Shown here piece after piece: positions 37,224-46,498 of a DNA stretch of 64,000 bases. The stretch is from Planctomycetota bacterium. Its GTDB lineage: Bacteria > Planctomycetota > B15-G4 > JADJEK01. A model generated the notes under the pieces. That model saw nothing but the letters and a program-made list of their open reading frames with translations, had not been told where the DNA came from and searched no databases. The position numbers and the translations under genes are program-made. The first letter of the stretch is position 1, and the number at the start of each line of letters is the position of its first letter. Location of the stretch: the NCBI GenBank assembly GCA_044225365.1, contig JBGAIQ010000004.1:32001-96000 (forward strand). Reading direction: 5' to 3'.

Positions 37224-38108
37224 ATGAGGCAAGCCACTCCCGATCGCCGCTTGCGCGGTTGGCCGCTCTCCGCGGTCGCCGTCACCGGTGTCGGGAGCTT
37301 GCCCTTCTCGAGCCTGCGCGTCGCCCGCGCCTTCGTCCGCAGGCACTGCGCCGAAGTCCCCTTCCTGCCCGAGATTTCGCGCAGAGGGCAAAGCGGGATG
37401 GTCGACGAGGTCGGGGTGCGACCTCGACCGGCCACTCGCCCCGCGGGGTCGTCCCGCCTGCTCAAGGCGCAGCTCTGCGGACCGCTCACCCTCGCCTCCG
37501 TGACGGCGTCGCGACGCGACTTCGGTCCGCCGTCGCCGGACGACGTGATCGCCGCATTCGCGCGAGTCGAGGCCGCGGCGCGAGCGCGGATCGGGGCGCT
37601 GCGTCGGGAGGGCTTGCCCATCCTGTTCGTCCTCGACGAGCCGGTTCTCTCGTCGATCGACGCAGAATCGCGTCGTCGCTGGTTCCCGCACCTGCGGCGG
37701 TTGATTCGCAAACTGCGCAGCGCATCTCGCGTCTTCGTCGGACTTCATTGCTGCGGCGCCATCGACTCGATCGATCTCGACGCGATCGATCCGGACGCCT
37801 TCTCGTTCGACGCGACGGGCGACCGCCTGAAAAGCGTCCTCGCGTCTAGCTCGGTGGGACGCTGGCGCGGACGAGGGCGCGTGCTCCTGCTCGGGATCGC
37901 CCCGACGAAACCGTCGCGCTCGCGACGTCTCCCGTCTCCGCGATCGACCGCCCGAACATTGCGCCGAGCGATCGGCGCATTCGACGGGCCGCCCGTCCTG
38001 CTCACGGGAAGCTGTGGATTCCTGCGGTCGAGTCCGAGTTGGACCGCGCGAGCGCATCGCTGGCTCACGAACGTCGCCGACGAATGGTCGGCGGAGGATG
38101 GCGCATGA
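37224..38108 (+). CDS. Core (truncated) MetE-like methionine synthase, MesB/Rv3015c-like
   Basis: TGVGSLP, PFLPE, KAQLCGPLT, LDEP, GLHCC (Zn HxC), SFD, LGIAPT, LTGSCG (Zn Cys). Confidence 0.7.
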   Translation: MRQATPDRRLRGWPLSAVAVTGVGSLPFSSLRVARAFVRRHCAEVPFLPEISRRGQSGMVDEVGVRPRPATRPAGSSRLLKAQLCGPLTLASVTASRRDFGPPSPDDVIAAFARVEAAARARIGALRREGLPILFVLDEPVLSSIDAESRRRWFPHLRRLIRKLRSASRVFVGLHCCGAIDSIDLDAIDPDAFSFDATGDRLKSVLASSSVGRWRGRGRVLLLGIAPTKPSRSRRLPSPRSTARTLRRAIGAFDGPPVLLTGSCGFLRSSPSWTARAHRWLTNVADEWSAEDGA

Positions 38109-38515
38109 TCGAGAACTGCTCTCACCTCACAATGACCTCGAAGGACGTCCCGCGCATGTTGCGATTCCTCGAGTTGGCCTTCGGAGTGGCGCCGAAGTAC
38201 GCGAACGCTGAGTTCGGCGAGGTCGTGTTGAAGAGCGGCTTTCGGATCGCCGTCTTCGCAGTGCTCGGCAAGACCGCGCTCTACTTCAACGCGGATGGCG
38301 AGCGCGGAACGCTCGCGATCGGCGTCACGGTGCAGGACGTCGACGCGGCCTACGCTCGCATCGCCCCATTGCTCGGCGACTTCGCGTCCCGCGTGAGCGG
38401 GCCGCCGAAGGAACATCCGTGGGGCGAGAAGAGCTTCCTGCTGATCGATCCCGACGGCAACCGCTGGGAGATCACGCAGTCGCCCTCGAAGAACGGGATG
38501 CTCGTCGACCGCTGA
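38105..38515 (+). CDS. VOC/glyoxalase family protein
   Basis: V.DVDAAY...PPKEHPWGEKSFLLIDPDGNRWEI; ATGA overlap with the upstream gene. Confidence 0.85.
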   Translation: MIENCSHLTMTSKDVPRMLRFLELAFGVAPKYANAEFGEVVLKSGFRIAVFAVLGKTALYFNADGERGTLAIGVTVQDVDAAYARIAPLLGDFASRVSGPPKEHPWGEKSFLLIDPDGNRWEITQSPSKNGMLVDR

Positions 38516-38642
38516 TCCAATCCCTCGAATCTCGGCGACGCGATCTCCCGCGCGACGTACTCGGCGATCGAAAATCGAATCCGGATCGACGGGGTCGACC
38601 CGGTATGCTTCCGACTTCGTCGCTACCCGTTGGGATGGATCC

Positions 38643-40397
38643 ATGCGAAGCCCTCAAACGTTCTGGTTCGCCGGCGCGCTCGTCGCGACGGTCGCGTGCG
38701 CCGCACGCGGTGTCGAATCGGAAGAAGCCACCGACCCGGCCGCCGCCCAGAAGATCTTCGATTCGCTCGAGAAGGAGCTCCACCGCTCGTTCGCGGCGCT
38801 CGAGCATCGCGAAGCGGATCCGCTCTACTTCCTCGCCTATCGCGCGGTCGACACCCGTTCGCACGCGATCACGGCCTCGATGGGCGCGCTCGTCTCCAGC
38901 GAGCCGGAGAAGTCGCGCTCGCTCGACGTCGAAGCGCGCGTAGGTACGCCCAAGCTCGACTCCACGCATCAGATCCGCGGCGCATTCGAATTCGGCGCCG
39001 AGCCGGCTTCGGGCAGTCTGCCGGTCGAGACCGACGAAGACGCGATCCGCGCCGTCGCCTGGCGTGCCACGGACCGCGCCTACAAGGACGCGCAGGAGCG
39101 CCTCCTCAAGGTCAAGACGAACGAGTCGGTGAAGGTCGAGGCCGAGGATCTCTCGGACGACTTCTCCGTCGTGCCCGCGTCGCAATACAGCGAGCCGGTC
39201 GTCGCCCTGAAGTTCGACGTGAAGGCGTGGGAGGACGAGCTGCGCCGGCTCTCGGCTCCGTTCGCGAAGAATCCGCACATCCTCGACAGCAACCTCAGCC
39301 TGCAGGCGGATGCCGAGAACCGCTTCTACGTGAACAACGAAGGCACCAAGCTGCAGTTCGGCCGTACGGCGTTCCGCGTCATCATCCAGGCCTCGATGAA
39401 GGCCGACGACGGAATGGACCTGTCGCTGTTCGACAGTTTCGAAGCGCCCGACGCCGAACACCTGCCCGACGAGAAGACGATCGCGGCCTCGGTGACGCAG
39501 ATGATCGAGCGACTCGACCAGATGCGCGCGGCGCCCATCGTGGAACCGTGGGCCGGCCCGGCCATCATCATGAATCGCGCGTGCGGCGTCTTCTTCCACG
39601 AGATCTTCGGCCACCGCATCGAAGGTCATCGCCAGAAGGACGTCGAGGAAGGGCAGACGTTCACGAAGAAGGTGAACACCTCGATCATGCCCGACTTCCT
39701 CTCGGTCTACGACGACCCGACCCGCGACAAGTTCGGCGAGACGTTCCTCAACGGACGTTTCCAGTACGACGACGAGGGCGTGCCGGCGCAAAAGGTGTCG
39801 CTCGTCGAGAAGGGCGTGCTGAAGAGCTTCCTGATGAGTCGCTCGCCGATCGCGAACTTCCCCTCGAGCAATGGTCACGGACGCTGCAGCGCGGGTTATC
39901 CCGTCGTCTCGCGTCAGGGCAACCTGATCGTCGAGGCCTCGCAGCGCGTGCCGTTCAGCAAGCTGCGCGAACTCCTGATCGAGGAGATCAAGAAGCAGGG
40001 CAAGCCCTACGGGTACATCTTCCACGACATCTCCGGCGGCTTCACGACGACCCAGCGGTCGGGTCCGCAGGCGTTCAAGGTGATTCCGCTCTTCGTCATG
40101 CGCGTCTATCCCGATGGACGCCCCGACGAGGTGGTGCGCGGTGTCGACCTCGTCGGCACGCCCCTCGCCTCGATCAGCAAGATCGTCGCGGCGAGCGATG
40201 ACGATGCGGTGTTCAACGGCGTGTGCGGCGCGGAGTCGGGATGGGTCCCGGTCTCCGCCGTGGCGCCCTCGGTGCTGGTCACCGAGATGGAGATCGAGAA
40301 GAAGCAGAAGAGCCAGGAGCGTCCGCCGCTCCTGCCGAATCCACGCTACGACGACGCTGCCAAGACTGCGGCCGGCGCGACGGGAGGTCTCAAATGA
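38643..40397 (+). CDS. tldD: TldD-family metallopeptidase (catalytic subunit) with signal peptide
   Basis: GVFFHEIFGHRIE (HExxxH), DDPT, YDDEGVPAQ, SNGHGR, NGVCG (third ligand Cys); N-terminal signal. Confidence 0.85.
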   Translation: MRSPQTFWFAGALVATVACAARGVESEEATDPAAAQKIFDSLEKELHRSFAALEHREADPLYFLAYRAVDTRSHAITASMGALVSSEPEKSRSLDVEARVGTPKLDSTHQIRGAFEFGAEPASGSLPVETDEDAIRAVAWRATDRAYKDAQERLLKVKTNESVKVEAEDLSDDFSVVPASQYSEPVVALKFDVKAWEDELRRLSAPFAKNPHILDSNLSLQADAENRFYVNNEGTKLQFGRTAFRVIIQASMKADDGMDLSLFDSFEAPDAEHLPDEKTIAASVTQMIERLDQMRAAPIVEPWAGPAIIMNRACGVFFHEIFGHRIEGHRQKDVEEGQTFTKKVNTSIMPDFLSVYDDPTRDKFGETFLNGRFQYDDEGVPAQKVSLVEKGVLKSFLMSRSPIANFPSSNGHGRCSAGYPVVSRQGNLIVEASQRVPFSKLRELLIEEIKKQGKPYGYIFHDISGGFTTTQRSGPQAFKVIPLFVMRVYPDGRPDEVVRGVDLVGTPLASISKIVAASDDDAVFNGVCGAESGWVPVSAVAPSVLVTEMEIEKKQKSQERPPLLPNPRYDDAAKTAAGATGGLK

Positions 40398-42085
40398 TTT
40401 CGTTCCTATTCTCCCTCGTCGCTCTCGTCGCCCCGCCCCTCGCTCCCGAACCGGTCAAACTCGTCGATCCCAAGTCGCTCGACGGCGACTTCGCCGTGAA
40501 GGCGATGCGCGAGGAGATGGCGCGCACGATGAGTCGCCTCCGCCTCGAGAATTCGGATCCGCCGTTCATCGTCGAATACACGCTGAACTCACAGAAAGCG
40601 TTCGTGGTGAACGCCAGTTTCGGCGCGCTCACCAATGACGGCGACAACGTGAATCGCTCGGTCACCGTCGGGATCCGCGTCGGCGACTACACGATGGACA
40701 ACACGAACTTCGCGGGCGGGTTCGGCGGCAGCACCGCGCGGACCGGAGTCCCGAAGGACGACGACTACGAGACGGTTCGCCACAACCTCTGGCTCGCCAC
40801 CGACGAGGCCTACAAAGGCGCCGTCGAGCAGATGGCGCAGAAGAAGGCGTGGTTGAAGACGAACACCGTGAAGGACCATCCCGGCGATCTCACGAAGGTT
40901 GCGCCCACGGTGCACATCGAGCCCGAACGCACGCTGGTCGTCGACAAGGAGAAGGCCAAGGAGATCGCCCGCAAGCTCTCCGGCCTGTTCCGCGACGCGC
41001 CGAAGATCCAAGGATCGTCGGTCAGCGTCGTCGCTGTCGCCGGCAACGATCTCACGATCTCGAGCGAAGGTTTCTTCTATCGCAAGGGCGAGACGTTCGC
41101 TCGAGTCACGGTCACGGCGGGCACGCAGGCCGACGACGGCATGCCGCTCGGCGACCTCTGCGTGTTCTACGCGCCGAGCGCCGACAAGCTCCCGTCGCTC
41201 GAATCGATGGAGAAGGACGTGAAGGCGATGATCGATCGCCTGAGCGGCCAGACATCCGCGCCGCGGGCCGACGAGTACGTCGGACCCGTCCTCTTCGAAG
41301 GCGATGCCGCGGCGTTCTGCATGATGGAGCTCCTCGTCGACCGCCTCACGAATCCACACGAACCGCTCGGCGCCAAGAACTCCGGGACCCCGTTCAAGAA
41401 TCGCCTGAAGAAGCGCGTCGCCCCGGCGTTCCTCTCGGTCGTCGACGATCCGTCGCAGACCGAATGGAACGGCACGCCGCTCATGGGCTCGTTCTCGCTC
41501 GACGACGACGGCGTACCGCCGCAGGCGATCACGCTCATCGACGAAGGACGCCTCAAGAACTGGTACATGAGCCGCATTCCGACACGCATGATCAAGGACA
41601 CGAACGGGCACAGCAAGAACGGCGTCGGCGGGCCGGGCTGCGTGTTCGTCAAGTCGACGAATTCGATGAGCAAGGAGAAGCTGCGCGCGGAACTCCTGCG
41701 CATCGCGAAGGAGCAAGAGTTGCCCTACGCGATCCGCGTCGAGACGCTCGCGCGCGCCGACGTGCAGGTGAGCGGACGCTCGGCGAGCGGCGCCTACGGC
41801 AACGGCAACATCCGCCTGTCGCCGCCGATCGCGGCGTACCGCGTCTACCTCGACGGTCACGAGGAGTTGATCCGCGGTGCCGAGTGGCAAGGCGTCACAT
41901 TGCGTACATTGCGTGATATCGACTACACCGGTGACACTCCCCACGTGCTGAACGCGCTGCGCGGCTCGGGCTTCGTCTCGGTCGTCTGCCCCGACATCCT
42001 GGTCGAGGAGATCGAAGTGAAGAAGCCCGCCGAGCAAGAAGTGAAGCGGCCGTATCTCGAGCATCCGTACTTCGCGAAGCCTTGA
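40394..42085 (+). CDS. TldE/PmbA-like partner subunit with signal peptide
   Basis: YVGPVLFE, VDDPS, DDDGVP, TNGH; no HExxxH; ATGA overlap with tldD; GGAGG RBS. Confidence 0.8.
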   Translation: MISFLFSLVALVAPPLAPEPVKLVDPKSLDGDFAVKAMREEMARTMSRLRLENSDPPFIVEYTLNSQKAFVVNASFGALTNDGDNVNRSVTVGIRVGDYTMDNTNFAGGFGGSTARTGVPKDDDYETVRHNLWLATDEAYKGAVEQMAQKKAWLKTNTVKDHPGDLTKVAPTVHIEPERTLVVDKEKAKEIARKLSGLFRDAPKIQGSSVSVVAVAGNDLTISSEGFFYRKGETFARVTVTAGTQADDGMPLGDLCVFYAPSADKLPSLESMEKDVKAMIDRLSGQTSAPRADEYVGPVLFEGDAAAFCMMELLVDRLTNPHEPLGAKNSGTPFKNRLKKRVAPAFLSVVDDPSQTEWNGTPLMGSFSLDDDGVPPQAITLIDEGRLKNWYMSRIPTRMIKDTNGHSKNGVGGPGCVFVKSTNSMSKEKLRAELLRIAKEQELPYAIRVETLARADVQVSGRSASGAYGNGNIRLSPPIAAYRVYLDGHEELIRGAEWQGVTLRTLRDIDYTGDTPHVLNALRGSGFVSVVCPDILVEEIEVKKPAEQEVKRPYLEHPYFAKP

Positions 42086-42264
42086 GCGTCCGCGCGGTTG
42101 GCGACGGAGCGGAGATGCCGGGCTGGAGCCCGGCGCTCCGAATCCATCCCTTCGCAGGAGCCGTCATGCAGCGTTCGAGCGTCCGCGCGGTTGGCGACGG
42201 AGCGGAGATGCCGGGCTGGAGCCCGGCGCTCCGAATCCATCCCTTCGCAGGAGCCGTCATGCAG
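42084..42264 (+). repeat. Two identical 88-bp direct repeats (period 93 bp), each with the REP-like hairpin GCCGGGCTGGAGCCCGGC
   Basis: 42084-42171 is identical to 42177-42264; a degenerate third hairpin follows; lies between convergent genes. Confidence 0.9.
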
Positions 42265-42877
42265 GGCTGGGGACCGGCGCCTCGTGAAACGCAGACACGG
42301 CGCACGTCGAGGTTCGGCCGTGCCGGAGTGACGCTGCGAGCAACGCGCGCCCGCGGTGGAGTCGGGTCTTGACGAGTTCCACGGTGATTCCGCATTCCTG
42401 CGCGATCACTCTCAGATCGAGACCGCGCCCATAGCGCATGAGCAATACGCGGCGTTCGGGCTCCGCGAGGTCGGCGACGGCGCGCCACAGACCCTCGAGC
42501 GGATCGCCTGCAGGTGGATCCAGTTCGAGCGGAGTCTCGCGCACGCACGCCTCGCAGACGAATGCGAGTTCGTCGTTCAGCGGCGCCTCGTATCGGACGC
42601 GACGCCGGCGGATCTTGTCGATGGCGATGTTCTTCGCGATGCGGGAGACCCACGCCACGAACGGGCGTTCGGGCCGCATGTAGCTGGCACGCTGGTAGGC
42701 CCGCATCAGCGCTTCCTGCGCGAGGTCCTGCGCGAGGTGATAGTCGAAGACCACCCGACGGCCCGCGCGAACGATCGCATCGAAATGCCGTCGCACCAGC
42801 TCATCGAACGCTTCGCGATCCCCATGACGCGCCCGTTCCACGATCTCCCTGTCCGTTTCGTCGACCGCCTGAACCAC
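42257..42877 (-). CDS. ECF (group 4) RNA polymerase sigma factor
   Basis: TDREIVERARHGDREAFDELV, AQDLAQEA, FVAWVSRIAKN..ID..RR, region 4 IAQECG....VKTRLHRGR. Confidence 0.88.
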   Translation of the reverse strand: MVQAVDETDREIVERARHGDREAFDELVRRHFDAIVRAGRRVVFDYHLAQDLAQEALMRAYQRASYMRPERPFVAWVSRIAKNIAIDKIRRRRVRYEAPLNDELAFVCEACVRETPLELDPPAGDPLEGLWRAVADLAEPERRVLLMRYGRGLDLRVIAQECGITVELVKTRLHRGRALLAASLRHGRTSTCAVSAFHEAPVPSPA

Positions 42878-43135
42878 GAACCACCTCCGCGTTGCCTGTC
42901 GTTTCTTGCGAGCCCTCGCTCCACGCGGAGGGAACGACGCGGCGAAGGCCGGACGGTTGCGCCGAAAAACTGCGACGGGCGACGGGAGAACGCTCCGACT
43001 CGGTCGGAGTTACTCCGGAATGCAGCAAGAAACCTCGCGCAGCGCGGATTCGAAATCGTTCACGAGCGAGGTCGATCGTGCGCCGGTGCGAGGCTTCGCG
43101 CGGGCGGCGACCTCATCCCGACACAAGTGATACGT

Positions 43136-43912
43136 TCAGTGCGCGCGGCGGATCTGGATGAGCTCGGCGGCGACCGAGATCGCGATCTCCTCGGCCGAGC
43201 GAGCGCCGATCGGCAGGCCGATGGGCGTCTTGATCCGCTCGAGGAACGCTTCGGATACACCCGACTCGCGCAGATGCCGGGTGAGCGTGATGAGCTTCGA
43301 CTTGCTGCCGATGAGACCGAGGTAGCGACAGGCTTGCGTCGGCTTCTCGAGCGCGCGCAGGACCGCCGTGTCGTCCTTGTGTCCCCGGGTCATGACGATC
43401 ACGAAGTCGGAAGGATCGAAGGCGATCGACTGGACGATCTCCTCCCAGGATCCCGTTCTGCACTCCGCAGCGAGCGGAAAACGCTCCGGCGTCGAGAATT
43501 CCCTGCGATCGTCGGCCACGATGAACCGGAATCCCGCAGGCACGAGCACGGCACACAACGCGCGCGCGACGTGACCCGCGCCGAAGACGACGACGTTGGG
43601 CATGGTGATGGGCTCGATGAAGATCTCGATTCGACCGCCGCAAACGAGGCCCGTCTCCGGATTGTCGTTCTCGTTGAGATCGACGGAGAATCGCTGCGAG
43701 CGCTCGTTCCTCGCCACCTCGCGACCACGCGACACCACTTCGGCTTCGACGCAACCGCCGCCGACCGAACCGATGCAACGTCCGTCCGATTTCACCAGCA
43801 TCTTCATCGTGGTCTTGCCGGGCGTCGAGCCGAGCGTTCCGATGACCGTGGCGAGCGCAGCGGAACCTCCGTGGCTCTGGATCCGTACAATTTCTTCGTA
43901 GATGGGAAGCAC
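43136..43912 (-). CDS. xdhC: XdhC/CoxI family molybdenum cofactor chaperone
   Basis: GSTPG, GSVGGGCVE, GLVCGG, FGAGHVA, MTRGH..D, YLGLIGS, PIGLPIGARSAEEIAIS; GTG start 43912. Confidence 0.88.
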   Translation of the reverse strand: MLPIYEEIVRIQSHGGSAALATVIGTLGSTPGKTTMKMLVKSDGRCIGSVGGGCVEAEVVSRGREVARNERSQRFSVDLNENDNPETGLVCGGRIEIFIEPITMPNVVVFGAGHVARALCAVLVPAGFRFIVADDRREFSTPERFPLAAECRTGSWEEIVQSIAFDPSDFVIVMTRGHKDDTAVLRALEKPTQACRYLGLIGSKSKLITLTRHLRESGVSEAFLERIKTPIGLPIGARSAEEIAISVAAELIQIRRAH

Positions 43913-44002
43913 GGGGACAGGATAGCACCACAATGTCGTAGCGCGATTCGTTCCGTCGCCCCCCGGGACCGATCGTTCTCCTATAACTCCCGAGTGTCCG
44001 CC

Positions 44003-45388
44003 ATGGCGATTCCAAGCACCCTGCGTCCGTCCCTTCTCGTCCTCGCGCTCGTCGCGACTCCCGTGTACGCAAAGAATGCGACGGTCGACGAGATCCTCGT
44101 CATTCGAACCAACACGACCAACTCGACGAAGAACCAGGCGGTTCGGATCCACCGACCCGCCGGGACGACCCCGAACTCGATCGGTCCGACGCTGGCCTCC
44201 GACGAGACGTTCAACAAGCTGAGCGGCGACCTCCCCACGCGTTTCGTCTTCGCGGGCGACGGCGATGGCGACGGCGTCGACGAGGTCTACCAAGTGCGGC
44301 AGCAACTCTCGGCCGCGAAGGACCTGCGCCTGCGAGCGTTCCTCCCGCCCGACGAGTTCCTGGGATCGACCGGCCCGGCGATCGCGAGTTCGAAGAAGGG
44401 CACTCTCGGGCGAGCCTCGGGGAGCGCAAAGATCACCGCGATGGGCTGCGGCGACATCTCCGACAACGCGATCGACGAAGCGCTGATCATCAAGAGCGCC
44501 GCGAACGGCACGCAGGACCTCGAAGTGAGAGCGCTGCCGCATCAGAAGAACGAAGCGATGGACGTCGTGACGGCGAGCATCCTCGCGATCGACTCCGCGG
44601 TCGAGACCTCGATCGTCGGCGTGTGCGGCGTCGATTGGGACGGAATCGGCGGCGACGAAGTCGCGATCCTGAAGAAGTCGCCCGTGGGCTTCGCGCTCGA
44701 GATCTACCGCGGCCCCACGACTCTGGGAGAAGCGCCGCAACTCCTCGCATCGGCCCCGACGGTGCCCACGCTCGGCGGTCTCGAACCGACCTCCATCTGC
44801 CGCATGCGATTCGACTCGGATGCCGCCGACGAGATCGGGATCCTGCTCACGAACTCGAATGGCGTCGGTCGCTACCTGATCTACGACCTGCCAACCGGCC
44901 CCTCGGCAGGCCTTGCCGCACCCCTCTTCGACGACAACGCGAGCGACCCTTCCACCGACGGCCTCTCGTCCTACGCGTGGATGACGCTTCGCGGATACTC
45001 ATTCAAGGCCCCGCCTGCGAACATCGCGGGCACGTGGTCGGGAACGTTGAAGCACACCGTTCAGGGTCAGACCGAGACGATCGCGCTCGATCATGACATC
45101 ATCGCGCAGCAGGCGGGTTCGGTCCTCACCCTCGCGCTCCCGCTCTTCAACCTCGCGCAGGCGAACTACGTGGCGGGCGCCAACCTCTTCACCGTGACGA
45201 CCACCCCCGTGAACCTCGATGCCCCCGGCACGGGCACGCACTACGCGCTCACTTTCGGCCCTGGAATCGTCTTCGCCGGCTCCGGCGGCACGTTCATCTA
45301 CGGCCAATACGTCGGGAAGAAGAAGCTCCCGCTGGGCCAGGAGGCCGATGTCACTTCCGGCCTCTACCTCTTCGAGGCATTTCACTGA
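44003..45388 (+). CDS. Secreted protein with divergent FG-GAP/calcium-blade repeats
   Basis: Signal peptide (…VYA); GDGDGDGVDEV, GDISDNAIDEA, VDWDGIGGDEV, RFDSDAADEI; real start ATG 44003 inside the 1010-aa ORF. Confidence 0.7.
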   Translation: MAIPSTLRPSLLVLALVATPVYAKNATVDEILVIRTNTTNSTKNQAVRIHRPAGTTPNSIGPTLASDETFNKLSGDLPTRFVFAGDGDGDGVDEVYQVRQQLSAAKDLRLRAFLPPDEFLGSTGPAIASSKKGTLGRASGSAKITAMGCGDISDNAIDEALIIKSAANGTQDLEVRALPHQKNEAMDVVTASILAIDSAVETSIVGVCGVDWDGIGGDEVAILKKSPVGFALEIYRGPTTLGEAPQLLASAPTVPTLGGLEPTSICRMRFDSDAADEIGILLTNSNGVGRYLIYDLPTGPSAGLAAPLFDDNASDPSTDGLSSYAWMTLRGYSFKAPPANIAGTWSGTLKHTVQGQTETIALDHDIIAQQAGSVLTLALPLFNLAQANYVAGANLFTVTTTPVNLDAPGTGTHYALTFGPGIVFAGSGGTFIYGQYVGKKKLPLGQEADVTSGLYLFEAFH

Positions 45389-45524
45389 CGCGTGCCGGAG
45401 CGGCTGCGCTCCCGATCGTCGATTTCGCCGCAAAAGGTGCAGATTCGCCTTTGGCTGCTACGATCTCGCGATGATGGACCGGACGGCCGGTACTCGACTC
45501 ACGGAGCGTCGGAGAGGCATCTCG

Positions 45525-46454
45525 ATGGCAGAGGAACTTTATCTCGTGATCCACCTCGGACGCCCGGGCGAGCCGGCCGCCGAGGGGCAGGATTCGACCG
45601 CGCCTCTCCTCGTCTCGAAAGTGAAAGGGGCGAAGGGAGCGGATCCGGATGTCGCCGGCAAGAACCCCGCCGATTCGATCGTCGTGTACCAGGGTCCCGT
45701 GGGTTGGGTCGCCTGCGACAAGGGCACGGACGAAGTGAAGACATTGGCGCGAGACACCTGGGCCGACCTCGGCGGCTGGCGCCTCAAGCTGATCGAGCAG
45801 AAGGACGGACCTCCGAAGGAGAGCACGAACAGCAGCATCGTCGAGAACTCGATCGTCAACAACAGCAACTTCCTCGCGCCCTACCTGCTGATCTACGACA
45901 GCGCGCACGCCGGGCAGCCCCCGCGCCGCGAGACCCTGCCGATCCGCGAGGGCGTGGAGCGGCTGCTCGGCCGATCGCGGGCCGAAGGGCGAATCGTGAT
46001 CGACGACCGTCGCGTTTCGCGCGATCACCTGCGCTTCTACGTCGAGGGCGGAGCGATCCACGTCGAAAACCTCTCGCAGTTCCCGCCGACGCTCGAACTC
46101 AATGGCGAACAATCGCGGATCACCGGCCGCTTGAAGCTCGTGCACAAGGCGAAGATCAAGATCGGCGGCAGCTACGTGGAGTTCTTCAATCCGCTCGACG
46201 TGGTGCCGGCGGGGAAGGACAAGCCGCGCGACAGCAAGACTGCGATTCCGACGGTTCCCGCACCCTCGGCCGCACCCGACGGGGGCCAAGTCGACGCAGC
46301 GGCGCAAGCGGCCAAACCGGGAGCGGGATCGCAGACCGAGGGTGGCTCCGACACGGTCGCACAAGAAGGTTTCGACTGGGTCGAGAAGACGCTCGTCGTG
46401 CTCGCCGTCCTCCTCGTCATCTGGCTCGTGTACTTCGTCTTCAAGTTCATCTGA
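45525..46454 (+). CDS. FHA domain protein with C-terminal membrane anchor
   Basis: LLGR...VSRDH...VENL...LNG...IKIG FHA pattern; Ala/Pro linker; terminal TM helix; GGAGAGG RBS. Confidence 0.75.
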   Translation: MAEELYLVIHLGRPGEPAAEGQDSTAPLLVSKVKGAKGADPDVAGKNPADSIVVYQGPVGWVACDKGTDEVKTLARDTWADLGGWRLKLIEQKDGPPKESTNSSIVENSIVNNSNFLAPYLLIYDSAHAGQPPRRETLPIREGVERLLGRSRAEGRIVIDDRRVSRDHLRFYVEGGAIHVENLSQFPPTLELNGEQSRITGRLKLVHKAKIKIGGSYVEFFNPLDVVPAGKDKPRDSKTAIPTVPAPSAAPDGGQVDAAAQAAKPGAGSQTEGGSDTVAQEGFDWVEKTLVVLAVLLVIWLVYFVFKFI

Positions 46455-46498
46455 TGGCAAGAACTACCCCTCCCTCTCTACCGATCGGCTGACCCGCC

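Noticed and set aside
43136-43912. xdhC as marker of a molybdoenzyme or selenium cluster
   Set aside because: No xdh/cox, mocA or yqeC genes nearby; stand-alone xdhC is common
42356-44002. N-terminal half of the 1010-aa ORF
   Set aside because: Antisense shadow of the ECF sigma and xdhC; the real gene starts at 44003
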